From Octopus bimaculoides (lineage: Eukaryota): a stretch of 38,375 bases of DNA. The DNA lies in NCBI RefSeq assembly GCF_001194135.2, contig NC_068990.1, positions 58,144,541 through 58,182,915 on the forward strand, in the 5' to 3' direction. The notes under the pieces are model-generated. The model was not told the origin of the DNA. It did no database searches and saw only the letters and a list, made by a program, of their open reading frames with translations. Position numbers and translations under genes: made by a program. Shown here in pieces: positions 1-11,159 of this stretch; positions within the stretch are counted from its first letter, which is position 1; each line of letters starts with the position of its first letter.

Positions 1-420
1 TAAGAAACGAAGAACTCAATGAAGTAGGAAAGAACGGGAGGGAGATCTGTAGAAAAAAAAAAACATGTAGTTGACCATAAGATGGACGGAAATATCCAAA
101 GACGGAATGTTGTTGTGCTTTAGAGGGGACTAGATTAAAAATGACTGACGAGTGAAGGAGATGGCGACCATCTGAGTGATTAGGGAAGAGAGGGGGGGAG
201 AGAGTGCGATTGTTGTCGTGGGTAGTGGTGAGAGATGAGTGAAGCAGTGTGTGGTAGCGCATCGGTGCCATGTTTTGAAGGATTGTGACTGGTGGCGGTG
301 GTGGTAGTGGTAGTGGTTGTGGTGGTGGTGGTGGTGGTGGTAGCATCGACGGCGGTGATGTCATCGTCGTCGTCATTGTCATCGTGACAGTACTAATGAT
401 GGTGTACTACTGCTGCTGAT

Positions 421-459
421 AATGATGATGATGATGATGATGATGACGACGACGACGAC

Positions 460-491
<32 letters not shown>

Positions 492-720
492 CGACGACGA
501 CGACGACGACGACGATAATGATGATGATGATGATGATGGTAATGATGATGGTGATGATGATGATGATGATGACGACGACAACGATGATAATGATGATGAT
601 GATGATGATGGTAATGATGATGGTGATGATGATGATGATGATGACGACGACGACGATGATAATGATGATGATGATGATGGTGATGATGATCGTGATGACA
701 ATGTTGCTGATGATGATGGC
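421..720. repeat. (GAT)n/(GAC)n trinucleotide array containing a 72-bp higher-order repeat
   Basis: Directly visible. It generates the poly-M/T ORF 422..862 and the poly-S ORF 393..701. Confidence 0.95.
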
Positions 721-1329
721 GTTAGTATTGAAGAGAGCGAGCGAGGATCGTGAAAATGGTGGCCATAGTGATGACGATAGCGTTCAAGAAGATCGAGGTA
801 TAAGTCGTAGCTGTAGTGGTGACAGTAATAAAGTGGTAAAGGTGGTAGTAGAGTCGTGGTAGTACGAGTATAAGTATTGGAGTTGATGGCGTCGGTGAGG
901 CTGGTCGTGGTAGTGGCAGTAACAGTGGCAGTGTCCGTGGTGGCGGCGGCGGCGGTGGTGGTTGTGGGAATGGTGGTGGGAGTGGGAGTAGGGGTTTTTG
1001 GTGGGGTGGTGGTGGTTGGGGAGGGGGATGGTGGTGTTGGCGGGTGTTAAAGTATAAAGAGATAGATGAAGAAAGCTACGAGGAACGACAAAACCAAACG
1101 ACAAAAAGGATGATGATGGACGCACGGAGGAATGATGATGTCGGAGACGATGAAGGCGGCGGCGTAATGGATGCGAGAAGAGAGAGAGAGAGAGAGAGAT
1201 AAAGAGAGTGAGTGAGAGTAAAGGAAGGCGGCGGGGGTGTTAAAGGTGAAATACAGAGAGGAAGGTTAATGTGGCGTCACATTATGATGTAAGATAGGAG
1301 GAGAAGAGAGAGAGAGAATCAGTGGTAAT

Positions 1330-2120
1330 NNNNNNNNNNNNNNNNNNNNNNNNNNNNNNNNNNNNNNNNNNNNNNNNNNNNNNNNNNNNNNNNNNNNNNN
1401 NNNNNNNNNNNNNNNNNNNNNNNNNNNNNNNNNNNNNNNNNNNNNNNNNNNNNNNNNNNNNNNNNNNNNNNNNNNNNNNNNNNNNNNNNNNNNNNNNNNN
1501 NNNNNNNNNNNNNNNNNNNNNNNNNNNNNNNNNNNNNNNNNNNNNNNNNNNNNNNNNNNNNNNNNNNNNNNNNNNNNNNNNNNNNNNNNNNNNNNNNNNN
1601 NNNNNNNNNNNNNNNNNNNNNNNNNNNNNNNNNNNNNNNNNNNNNNNNNNNNNNNNNNNNNNNNNNNNNNNNNNNNNNNNNNNNNNNNNNNNNNNNNNNN
1701 NNNNNNNNNNNNNNNNNNNNNNNNNNNNNNNNNNNNNNNNNNNNNNNNNNNNNNNNNNNNNNNNNNNNNNNNNNNNNNNNNNNNNNNNNNNNNNNNNNNN
1801 NNNNNNNNNNNNNNNNNNNNNNNNNNNNNNNNNNNNNNNNNNNNNNNNNNNNNNNNNNNNNNNNNNNNNNNNNNNNNNNNNNNNNNNNNNNNNNNNNNNN
1901 NNNNNNNNNNNNNNNNNNNNNNNNNNNNNNNNNNNNNNNNNNNNNNNNNNNNNNNNNNNNNNNNNNNNNNNNNNNNNNNNNNNNNNNNNNNNNNNNNNNN
2001 NNNNNNNNNNNNNNNNNNNNNNNNNNNNNNNNNNNNNNNNNNNNNNNNNNNNNNNNNNNNNNNNNNNNNNNNNNNNNNNNNNNNNNNNNNNNNNNNNNNN
2101 NNNNNNNNNNNNNNNNNNNN
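1330..2120. other. Assembly gap (largest of 11: 1330-2120, 2512-3083, 4113-4122, 5061-5350, 12337-12562, 16103-16112, 18955-19392, 21340-21753, 27384-27983, 28670-28679, 31954-32225)
   Basis: Runs of N, mostly flanked by microsatellites. Confidence 0.99.
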
Positions 2121-3098
2121 CAATGGTGCTGGTGGTGGTGATGGTGGTGGTGATGATGATGGCGGTGGTGAATTTTAGTGATCGTAGTAGGGGACATAGT
2201 ACCGGTAGTGGTGCAGGTGTTGTTGTTGTCGTTGTAACTGGTGGTGGTGGTGGTGAAGGTGGTAATGGCAGTGGTGGTGAAGGTGGTGGTGATGCTGGTA
2301 GCCATAAAAATTGGTGCGAGGCAGTAGGAAAGAGTAAGAAGATAAAAGAGACACAAAGAGAATGTTATGGCAGGAAGACGGGTGGAAGATAGAGTAGAAT
2401 AAGAAGAGGAGAAGCAGGAGTCGGAAAGAGCTACACTAAATAGATTCAGACAGCTTAGAGAAATAGGGACATGGACAGATAGATATTAAAGTAATGGAGT
2501 GTATGTATATANNNNNNNNNNNNNNNNNNNNNNNNNNNNNNNNNNNNNNNNNNNNNNNNNNNNNNNNNNNNNNNNNNNNNNNNNNNNNNNNNNNNNNNNN
2601 NNNNNNNNNNNNNNNNNNNNNNNNNNNNNNNNNNNNNNNNNNNNNNNNNNNNNNNNNNNNNNNNNNNNNNNNNNNNNNNNNNNNNNNNNNNNNNNNNNNN
2701 NNNNNNNNNNNNNNNNNNNNNNNNNNNNNNNNNNNNNNNNNNNNNNNNNNNNNNNNNNNNNNNNNNNNNNNNNNNNNNNNNNNNNNNNNNNNNNNNNNNN
2801 NNNNNNNNNNNNNNNNNNNNNNNNNNNNNNNNNNNNNNNNNNNNNNNNNNNNNNNNNNNNNNNNNNNNNNNNNNNNNNNNNNNNNNNNNNNNNNNNNNNN
2901 NNNNNNNNNNNNNNNNNNNNNNNNNNNNNNNNNNNNNNNNNNNNNNNNNNNNNNNNNNNNNNNNNNNNNNNNNNNNNNNNNNNNNNNNNNNNNNNNNNNN
3001 NNNNNNNNNNNNNNNNNNNNNNNNNNNNNNNNNNNNNNNNNNNNNNNNNNNNNNNNNNNNNNNNNNNNNNNNNNNNNNNNNNNTATATATATATATAT

Positions 3099-3254
3099 GC
3101 ATATGTGGGCACAGGACGTCACGAAACGTGTACAACAAAAAAGACGAAATACGAATACATAGAATAAGAACTATTTTTTTCGAACAACAAAAGGCAGAAA
3201 TGGAAAACAAGACAGACAACATAAAGAACGACCCTTCATCAGTTGTTTGGCTGT
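3099..3254. mobile_element. Partial copy (one arm plus core) of the foldback/MITE family also at 18513-18775
   Basis: Shares the terminal motif atat(g/a)tggg..caggacgtcac and the core gaacgacccttcatcagttgt..ggctg with 18513-18775; adjoins (TA)n. Confidence 0.7.
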
Positions 3255-3299
3255 AACGTCTTTTTGAAGGAGACCTTTGAAATCTTGCTTTCATTCAAA

Positions 3300-3720
3300 T
3301 TCTCCTTGTTAATAACTGCATTGTTTCTTTCCAGGTAAACAAACATCTAACTTCAAAGAAGACTTAGTAGCGACCTCTCTTGGGTCTCATTGATGGCGTG
3401 ACCCTCTGAAGATAGTCAATAAACACAACGTCTTTTGAATCCCAAAACTCTGTGGCCGTTACCTTCCTTACAGATGAAACAATCTTGGCTTTCTTTGAGG
3501 CAGGTGAAGAGTGGTAGTTCCTCTGCACGGATTGTCTTTGCCACAAAATGGTGCAATCAACATTCATTCCAGAACCGATGAAGGGTAAAGACCCAGAAAC
3601 CATGGTCTACTGGTCTTGCCAAGCTGGAGGGGAGTATTTCGCTCCCTTACTCACAATATATTGGACACAGATCGTGTGTCGTTAACCAGATGGAAAAGAC
3701 GTTTTGCTTGGGTTAAAATG
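3300..3720 (-). pseudogene. Mariner transposase fragment
   Basis: ORF 3364..3603 reads SPASKKAKIVSSVRKVTATEFWDSKDVVFIDYLQ, resembling the mariner SP..KK.K..S..KVM..VFWD..G....DYL motif. Fragmentary; no TIRs seen. Confidence 0.8.
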
Positions 3721-3781
3721 TAATAACATAGTTCTTTATAGAATAGCCATGTTATCGTGGCAAAAAAATAACGTATATATA

Positions 3782-4020
3782 TTCTTTTATTCTTTTACTT
3801 TTTTCAGACATTCGGTTGCGGCCATGCAGCAACGCCGTCTTTGGTCGAATAAATCAACCTCAGGATTATTCTTTGTAAGCTTAGTACTTATTCTATCGGT
3901 CTCTTTTGCCAAACCGGTGATTTGAGGGGACGTAAACACACCAACATCGGTTGTCAAATGATGCTGAGGGGACAAACACAGACACACACACACACATACA
4001 CACGCACACAAACACGCATA
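3782..4020 (-). mobile_element. 3' half of a tRNA-derived SINE (family of 32976-33375)
   Basis: Near match to 32976-33140 (ttcttttattctttt...ttattctttgtaagc.tagtacttattctatcggt...acgtaaacacacca.catc.gttgtcaa), ending in a CA microsatellite. Confidence 0.85.
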
Positions 4021-4122
4021 TTTGTAAATCCATTGCTTAGGCAGAATGGTATACATATAAGATTCCAATACCTTGTGAGTAAAATCTAATAGTTTTAAGA
4101 TTGGTCATTGCANNNNNNNNNN

Positions 4123-5005
4123 ATTACATGGGAAAATGGAGCAATAGAAATAATATTCTTAAGATCATAAACCTGGAAAATTACAGGACAAGTTATTACA
4201 CTTGGAAAAGATCAGGACAGCTTATTACATCTGGTAAAGAACAGAGCAAGAAAATTTTTACTTAAAATACTGCAGCTAAGCATAAAATAAGAATATAAAA
4301 GATTATTTCATTTTAATTTACAAGGAAACATTATAATTAAAAAAGATACCGTCATTTTGTTAAAATATTGACACACAACAATACTTAAAAATGAGAGCCA
4401 AAAGTACCGATATAGCTAAAGTTTTATGCAAAGTAGAATAGTGTATATGGTAGGCAAATTCCTTATGTAAAAAAATAGGCATTGGGCCAAGACTAAAAAT
4501 GTGAGGACTTGGCAGTAACTTAAGCAGTAACCCATGCAAGTTTTACTGTTAATTTGTTGTTATAGGTAGATATTACTGTAATATATAGTTAATTTTTGTA
4601 TTGTTCTGTTTATTGTATCACCTAATTATTTACTGCTATTATTTTTATAACCTATTTTCAGATATCTAATTATTAATTAGTAATTAAAAAATGAATTTTT
4701 TTGAAGTTCAAAAAATATTTTAATTGAATTATTTTTAAACGAAGTAACTAGTAATAACAAACAGAAGTAATAACTTATAATAAAACTTTTAGTGTTAATA
4801 GCAGTTACTATTTTCTAAATCTAAATATTTTATTTGAAATGTTATCCTCAGTTGCAATATTTTAAGTAAAAATTTTCTTGCTCTGTTCTTTACCAGATTT
4901 AATAAGCTGTCCTGAACTTTTCCAAGTGTGATAACTTCTACTATAATTTTCCAGGTTTATGATCTTCAGAATATTATTTCTCTTGCTCGCATTTTTCCAT
5001 GTAAT
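4123..5005. mobile_element. Non-autonomous foldback/MITE-like element with ~160-bp terminal inverted repeats
   Basis: 4123-~4283 (attacatgggaaaatgg...cttaaaatactgcagctaag) is the reverse complement, with scattered mismatches, of 4844-5005. AT-rich non-coding interior; the right end runs into (TA)n and the left end abuts a 10-N gap. Confidence 0.85.
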
Positions 5006-5027
5006 ATATATATATATGTATATATAT

Positions 5028-5060
<33 letters not shown>

Positions 5061-5464
5061 NNNNNNNNNNNNNNNNNNNNNNNNNNNNNNNNNNNNNNNN
5101 NNNNNNNNNNNNNNNNNNNNNNNNNNNNNNNNNNNNNNNNNNNNNNNNNNNNNNNNNNNNNNNNNNNNNNNNNNNNNNNNNNNNNNNNNNNNNNNNNNNN
5201 NNNNNNNNNNNNNNNNNNNNNNNNNNNNNNNNNNNNNNNNNNNNNNNNNNNNNNNNNNNNNNNNNNNNNNNNNNNNNNNNNNNNNNNNNNNNNNNNNNNN
5301 NNNNNNNNNNNNNNNNNNNNNNNNNNNNNNNNNNNNNNNNNNNNNNNNNNTATATATATATATATGTATATATATTTATATATATTCTTCCCTATCTATC
5401 TATAGATAGACACATAGAGACACATATCGTCGACAATATCAACCGTACTAAGATATTGGAGAGG

Positions 5465-6660
5465 TAAGGACGACGAGGATTTTTCGAAGCTCACGTGGGT
5501 TATTTGACAATTTCTTCATCATACAAATTGTTAAATTATGGAGGACCTATTAGTTGCAGCAATGCACCTTCAAGAGAAGCAACAGGGAAAACTACAGGAG
5601 TTGCAGAAACAAATATTACAACAACAGCAACAACAACAGTTAATTCAGTTACAGTCAAGGAAGCCCGAAAATTCTGTAAGTTCTTTTATGCAAGATGGAA
5701 TGGCGAACTAGATTTCTGAATTCGCTTATAATCCGGAGGAAATTATTACGTTTCCTGCGTACTATAAACTGTACGGGAAAGTTTTTAACAAAGATTGCAA
5801 TCATGGTCGGATGAGAAGAAAGTGAGTCTATTACTACGCAAAGTAGCTCCGGCCGAGCATGAACCCTACTGTACCTTTATATTGCCCCAAAAGCCGAATG
5901 AGATTTGTTCCCACGAAACTATTGAATTACTCTCAAAGATCCGCTGTGATAAATGTTCGTTGTTTAACACTCGAATGGTATGTTGGAACTTAACAAAAAA
6001 GGACGATGATGACTTTATTTCATATGCCAGAGTGGTCAAACGTATGTGAAAACTTTAAATTTCAGGAACTCACTGACGAAGTGCTTAAATCTCTTAGTTT
6101 CGTACAAGGACTTACGGCAGCCGAAGATAGAGAAATTTGGGCAAGGATTCTCTCAAAAATGGAGCAAGTGAACCAAGACTTGACCCAACAGACCATTGCA
6201 GAAGAATGTCAAACAATGGTAAACCTGACGCACGATGTGAAAACAATTCAAGAGAAAGATCTGCAAAAGTAGAGATGTGTCGACCCGGAAAGTTCAACCA
6301 AAACAGAGTGCCATACCCCAATCTATGTTATGGATGTGGAGGCCTACACTTCAGAAAAGAGTCTCTGTTTAAAAATCGAAAATGCGATAGTTGTTTGAAA
6401 CTTGGTCACAAGAACTCACACTGCACGACAAAATTAGGAGGGTCGAACGCAAAAAGTTCTAAGGTGTTTTCAGTAGAAAGTGAATGCGACACAAAAACAA
6501 GAAAATTCGTACACGTAAAAATGAATGGTATAAATATAAAACTACAGTTGGATAGGGGTAGTGATATTTCAATCATGAATGCGGATGCGTGGAGAAAAAT
6601 CGTGAAACCGAGGTTATGTAAAACAGCGAAATTTACCCGTGGCGTGACACGCGATAAATT
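5465..6660 (+). mobile_element. Ty3/Gypsy LTR retrotransposon remnant: gag, Cys/His zinc knuckles and aspartic protease, disrupted by stops and frameshifts
   Basis: From ATG 5538: MEDLLVAAMHLQEKQQ..., then SDEKKVSLLLRKVAPAEHEPYCTFILPQKP, ELTDEVLKSLSFVQGLT..D.EI..RIL, CYGCGGLH and CDSCLKLGHKNSHC, then KFVHVKMNGINIKLQLDRGSDISIMN (LDTGS-like). A PBS-like gacgacgagg lies near 5470. The remnant stops at a TA microsatellite. Confidence 0.9.
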
Positions 6661-6725
6661 ACAGAATGGTACATATGCACATATATATATATCTATATAT
6701 ATGCATATACATACATGTATATACA

Positions 6726-6786
<61 letters not shown>

Positions 6787-6790
6787 ATAT

Positions 6791-8090
6791 GTGATATATC
6801 TCGACTTTGCAATGGCTTTAACAAAGTTGATCATGGCATATGTCGCAAGCTGCGAAACCTTGGCATAGCTGGTAAATTAGGAGAGTGGTAGCATGACTTC
6901 CTGAATGGTAGAAGTCAGACAGTTGCAGCCAATGGAAAATTATCTAGGAAAACGCAAATATGGAGCGGTGTTTCACAAGGAACTGTCCCGGGGCCACCAC
7001 TGTTCATAGTAGCCCTTCTGGACATGCCCACGGTCACTCAGACGGCCATTGTCACTAGCTACGCTGATGACACAAAACTATCTCAGGCAATAAAGAATCC
7101 TGATGATGCCATAAGCCTGCCGAATGACCTAAATGCAATATACAAGTGGGCAGAGCAAAATAATATGCAGTTCGATGCTCAAAAAATTCAAGTACTGCGC
7201 TATAAGGCCACAAACGCCCCCCCAACTGGCATACACGGAACATGGAGGTACTGCAATCCCAGAACCACAAATAGTGAGAGACCTGGGTATCAGCATGTGT
7301 AGTGATGCATCATTTCACATGCACATTGTCAAGTTGACAGCAAAGTGCAGACAACTGACAGGGTGGATACTGAGGACATTCAAAACAAGGGATCAAATAG
7401 TTATGTTGACTCTATGGAAGACATTTGTTCTGAGCCGCCTAGACTATTGCTCTCAGTTGTGGTCACTACACAGTGTCAAGCTAACAACAGAACTCGAGAC
7501 AATTCAGCGTCACTATACAAAAAAGATCGCCACAGTCCAGCAGATGACCTACAGGGAGTGGCTGAAGAAACTAAATCTCTACTCCCTGGAGCGCAGTCGG
7601 GAGGGATATGTAATAATTTACATATGGAAATTTACTAGAAGGACTGGTATCAAGTACTATACGAATTCCCGCACAAGTCGCCGCTGCATAGTACCAAGGG
7701 TACCGTCCACTGCATCTCACATAAGAACAAGGTATTGCAACAGCCTCGGTTTCAGAGGACCTCAGCTCTTTAATGCCCTGCCAAAACAATTGAGAGACCG
7801 GCAAGCCATGGATATAGAGGTCTTCAAAACAAAACTCGACACTTTCTTATCCACGATACCAGATGAACAGATGGCTCGAAATGAGACACAGTTTAGGGCA
7901 GCGATGTCAAATTCTCTTATACACCAGATGTGCCATCAAAATTCTTGATTGGACAACATCAGGTGGCAGAGAAGAGCCATGCAAGATCGTGAAGAGAGCA
8001 CGGCATAAGGAGGGAAAGTTATGGTGGTGATCCAGCACGACCGCTGTCACTTGGCTGAAACGCATAAATAAAATAGAAAATAGATAAATA

Positions 8091-8093
<3 letters not shown>
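6791..8093 (+). mobile_element. 5'-truncated non-LTR retrotransposon (LINE, CR1/L2-group-like): RT C-terminal part plus 3' UTR
   Basis: VIYLDFA.A..KVDHG, SGVSQGTV.GP.LF, SYADDTKL (ORF 7024..7302), VRDLGI, GWILRTF, SRLDYCSQLWS, LERSRE.Y.II, RGPQLFNALP, FKTKLDTFLSTIPD (ORF 7133..7948). It ends in a taaa-rich tail; frameshifted. Clade assignment is inference. Confidence 0.92.
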
Positions 8094-8130
<37 letters not shown>

Positions 8131-8400
8131 ATATATACATATGTGTGTGTGTGTGTGTTTGTGTTAATAAAAATATGAATCAGAGGTTATATATATATAT
8201 ATATATATATATATTTGAAGAGAGAGAGAGAGAGAGCGAATTAGGGGAAAAGAGAGTTTGAGAAAATGAAAAAATGATAAAAGTAAAAAAAGATGAACTG
8301 CGGTTGCAAGTAGATGATGAATGAATGAAGCTGAGAGTAAGAAGTACGAGATGAGGAAGAAGAAAACGTTAAGAAATAGGAAAACCAGAATATAATACAG

Positions 8401-8401
8401 G

Positions 8402-8465
<64 letters not shown>

Positions 8466-8511
8466 GGATGGATGGATAGATGGATGGATGGATGGATGGA
8501 TGGATGGATGG

Positions 8512-8546
<35 letters not shown>
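8401..8546. repeat. Compound (GATA)n-(GATG)n tetranucleotide microsatellite
   Basis: Directly visible. Confidence 0.97.
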
Positions 8547-8547
<1 letters not shown>

Positions 8548-9234
8548 GTGAATGGACGCATGCATGGTCGAAAGATTATGGTATAAATATTAATGAAATA
8601 ATAGGGTTTAAGAGGTGTGTAAAACATGCAGAAAATGAAAGGATAAAGAGAGTGTGAAAGAAGGGGGGACGGTGGTGGAGCATAAGATGTCGATGTGAGG
8701 ATCTCAGAATGCATAGAAAAGAAAAAAGAGAAAAAAGAGAAAAGAGAGAGAGAGGGGGGGAGTGAGAGGAAAAGATGTATGTGAGAAGAAAAAGAAAAGT
8801 GTAAGAAAAGGTAGAGTAAAAGAGATGAGAGTGAATTCAAGAATCGAGTAAAAGTTCAGAGATCTCTGAGAGGCAAGAAGTAAAGCTGACAGAAGATTCG
8901 AAGAGTAGGAGAAAGAGAGTACAAGTAGCGGAGAAGAGGATCGATAAGTGAGTAAAAAAGAGCTAAGAGGGGAGGTTGAGGAAGAAAGGCAGTCAGATAC
9001 ATTGGGGGTCGAAGAATGACTTAGAGAGGTGAGAATTTGTGAGCGGTAATCACAGAAGAAAGAATGTAACAGGTAAGAATAAACGATAATGAGATAGATG
9101 GGAAATTAAAAACAGAGTAGGTGGAGGGCAAAGGTAAAAATGAATTGCAGAATGGAGTGTATGTTAATGGTATTATTTTAATAAATAATGTCAGGAAAAA
9201 TTACCAGGTGTGCCTTCTGCATAAAGAACATATA

Positions 9235-9545
9235 TAAGGTGCATTTCAGAAGTTTTCAGACTTTTTCAGGAGAGACATCTATTAATTTCGCAGAAATACA
9301 AACTTCTAATCTCGTTCGTTGCACTTGATTTGACGGTCCAGCGACTTCGTGAAGGCCCCTTATACCCCAGAGTGAAGGTGTCAGGGTGTCCAGGACCCTT
9401 GTCACGTTCACTTTCTTGTTCTTCAAAATGACTGTCCCTGAGATTCTTCTTCAATTTGGGGAAAACAATCAAAAGTCACTGAGAGCAAGGGCTGAACTGT
9501 AGGGAGGTTGAAGGTCAATTTTTTCCAGGTTTAACACGAAACTTT
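9235..9545 (-). mobile_element. 3' end of a decayed mariner element with a probable terminal inverted repeat
   Basis: The reverse strand reads QPPYSSALALSDF*LF.PKLKKNLRDSHF (HPPYSPDLAPSDF-like), then a decayed C-terminus, then gaaaaagtctgaaaacttctgaaatgcacctTATA. Confidence 0.75.
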
Positions 9546-10717
9546 ATTGCAAAGGAAGCTTCCAGACGTCTCGACTGCATTTTGCAACCTTCTCAGCTCT
9601 GACAAACTGTTTAGTAGAATGTGTTCAAAGTGGTTTTACAATTGTTTACTTCGATCTAGAATAAAGACAATAATAAACTGGTCAGCTTATCAGATGTATG
9701 GTAATGATGTACTAAATTTACAATCATCTAGGACAGTTATAACTCACTTTCTTAAAAAATTTCAAAACTGTTTGATCGCGCCTGATACGCATAGGTCTTT
9801 GAAGTGGTCGTAACTATATACCATAAGAAAGTTTTGTTTGACGTTCCAGTGATTTTGCCGTCAACGGCCAATAAACAAGTACACGTAGAGATACGATGAT
9901 TGTCTCTTGAAACCTGAGGATGACCATATGCCGTGCTGTGAACGTCAAAAAATACATATGACCTTTTAGGCCAAAGTCACGTACAGTGATGGCCGCAACT
10001 TGGTGATTCGACGCCACTCGTTAGGGCAGTAGCGGAAGTCTTTCTATGCATCTCATAGCTTGCTTTGGGGTACTGTAAGCACTACTGGGCTTCACAGATG
10101 TTTATTGTTCTGAAGCCCCTGTAGTATCTATAACCGGAGTCTCAAATTCATATTCTTGGAGTAAAGCCCATTTCCAGCTAGACTTGCTTTTATTGTACAT
10201 TTTTTAGGTGATCTTACACCCGATTGTTTTGCTTGAGTTCTAAAAATCGCTGTCGCAGTATACTGGTCTAGTACATACGAGTCACGTGGCCTGTGAGGAT
10301 CTTTGTTGCTGACTGAGTTTGTCTCATTTAGTGTTACGCTTCATATAAGGAGGAACATTCTCATTTAAAGGAACTGCTCTGGAGTCGATCACGAGTGTTC
10401 CAATCTCTCAATCAACGGAATGGTTTACTATTATAATAATTGTGTGAATAATGGCTGAGCATTCCTGAAATGCGTATACTCTTACCATAATATTCAAGAG
10501 GAATCATGGTGACATTGAGTATGACAAGGGTAGACCTTTCAATTACGACCTTTAAATTCCAAATAGTTTTCATCCTCCCACAAGATTTGGCTCATGTTGC
10601 GGCTAAGACAGCAGACACCTAAACAAAACGGCACCCGACAGAATAAGAGCGAGTACCTGAGACACGGAAACACGGAGGAGAAATTGCTAGAGATTTTTTA
10701 ATGATTCTTAAGAATAT

Positions 10718-10914
10718 CGCGGTGAGCTGGCAGAATCGTTAGCACACAGGACAAAATACTTACTAGCATTTCGTCTGAGTTCAAATTCCGTCGAGGCTGG
10801 CTTTGCGTTTCAGCATTTTGGGGTTTATAAAATAAGTACCAGTTCAGTACTGGGTTGATGTAATCGACTAGCAACTTCCTACAAAATTTCAGGCTTTGTG
10901 CTTAAAGTAAAAAT
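10718..10914 (+). mobile_element. tRNA-derived SINE, second family (also at 18032-18230)
   Basis: ggtgagctggcagaatcgttagca (A-box-like), ctgagttcaaattcc (B-box-like), aataagtaccag; matches 18032-18230. Confidence 0.85.
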
Positions 10915-11159
10915 GGCTGTTAAGAATGAAAATAATAATAATAATGGTTTAGAAGCGCTGAGGAGTGATTTATATAAATATAAACTTCTAACCAGTTCAA
11001 ATATGTTTGAAACATATTGAACTCATAAGAAGACAATAAATGGAGTTTTAACTGGTCCGAATATGTGTTCAAACATACATGAAATGGTACAAGTTTTTTC
11101 GTCACGATATCCCAATATCCAAATTATGCTCTTGCACACGCGTGTGTGCATGTTATATA

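Noticed and set aside
393-1125. Poly-Ser, poly-Met/Thr and His-rich ORFs, and similar ones at 8164-8840, 15019-15722 and the YI/CV/HT-repeat ORFs
   Set aside because: These are translations of microsatellites and low-complexity DNA, with no domain or splice support.
1266-3294. Long ORFs (200-356 aa) spanning N runs, here and at 4.9-5.4, 12.3-12.7, 18.7-19.5, 21.2-22.0, 27.2-28.0 and 31.8-32.4 kb
   Set aside because: They are open only because N codons are not stops.
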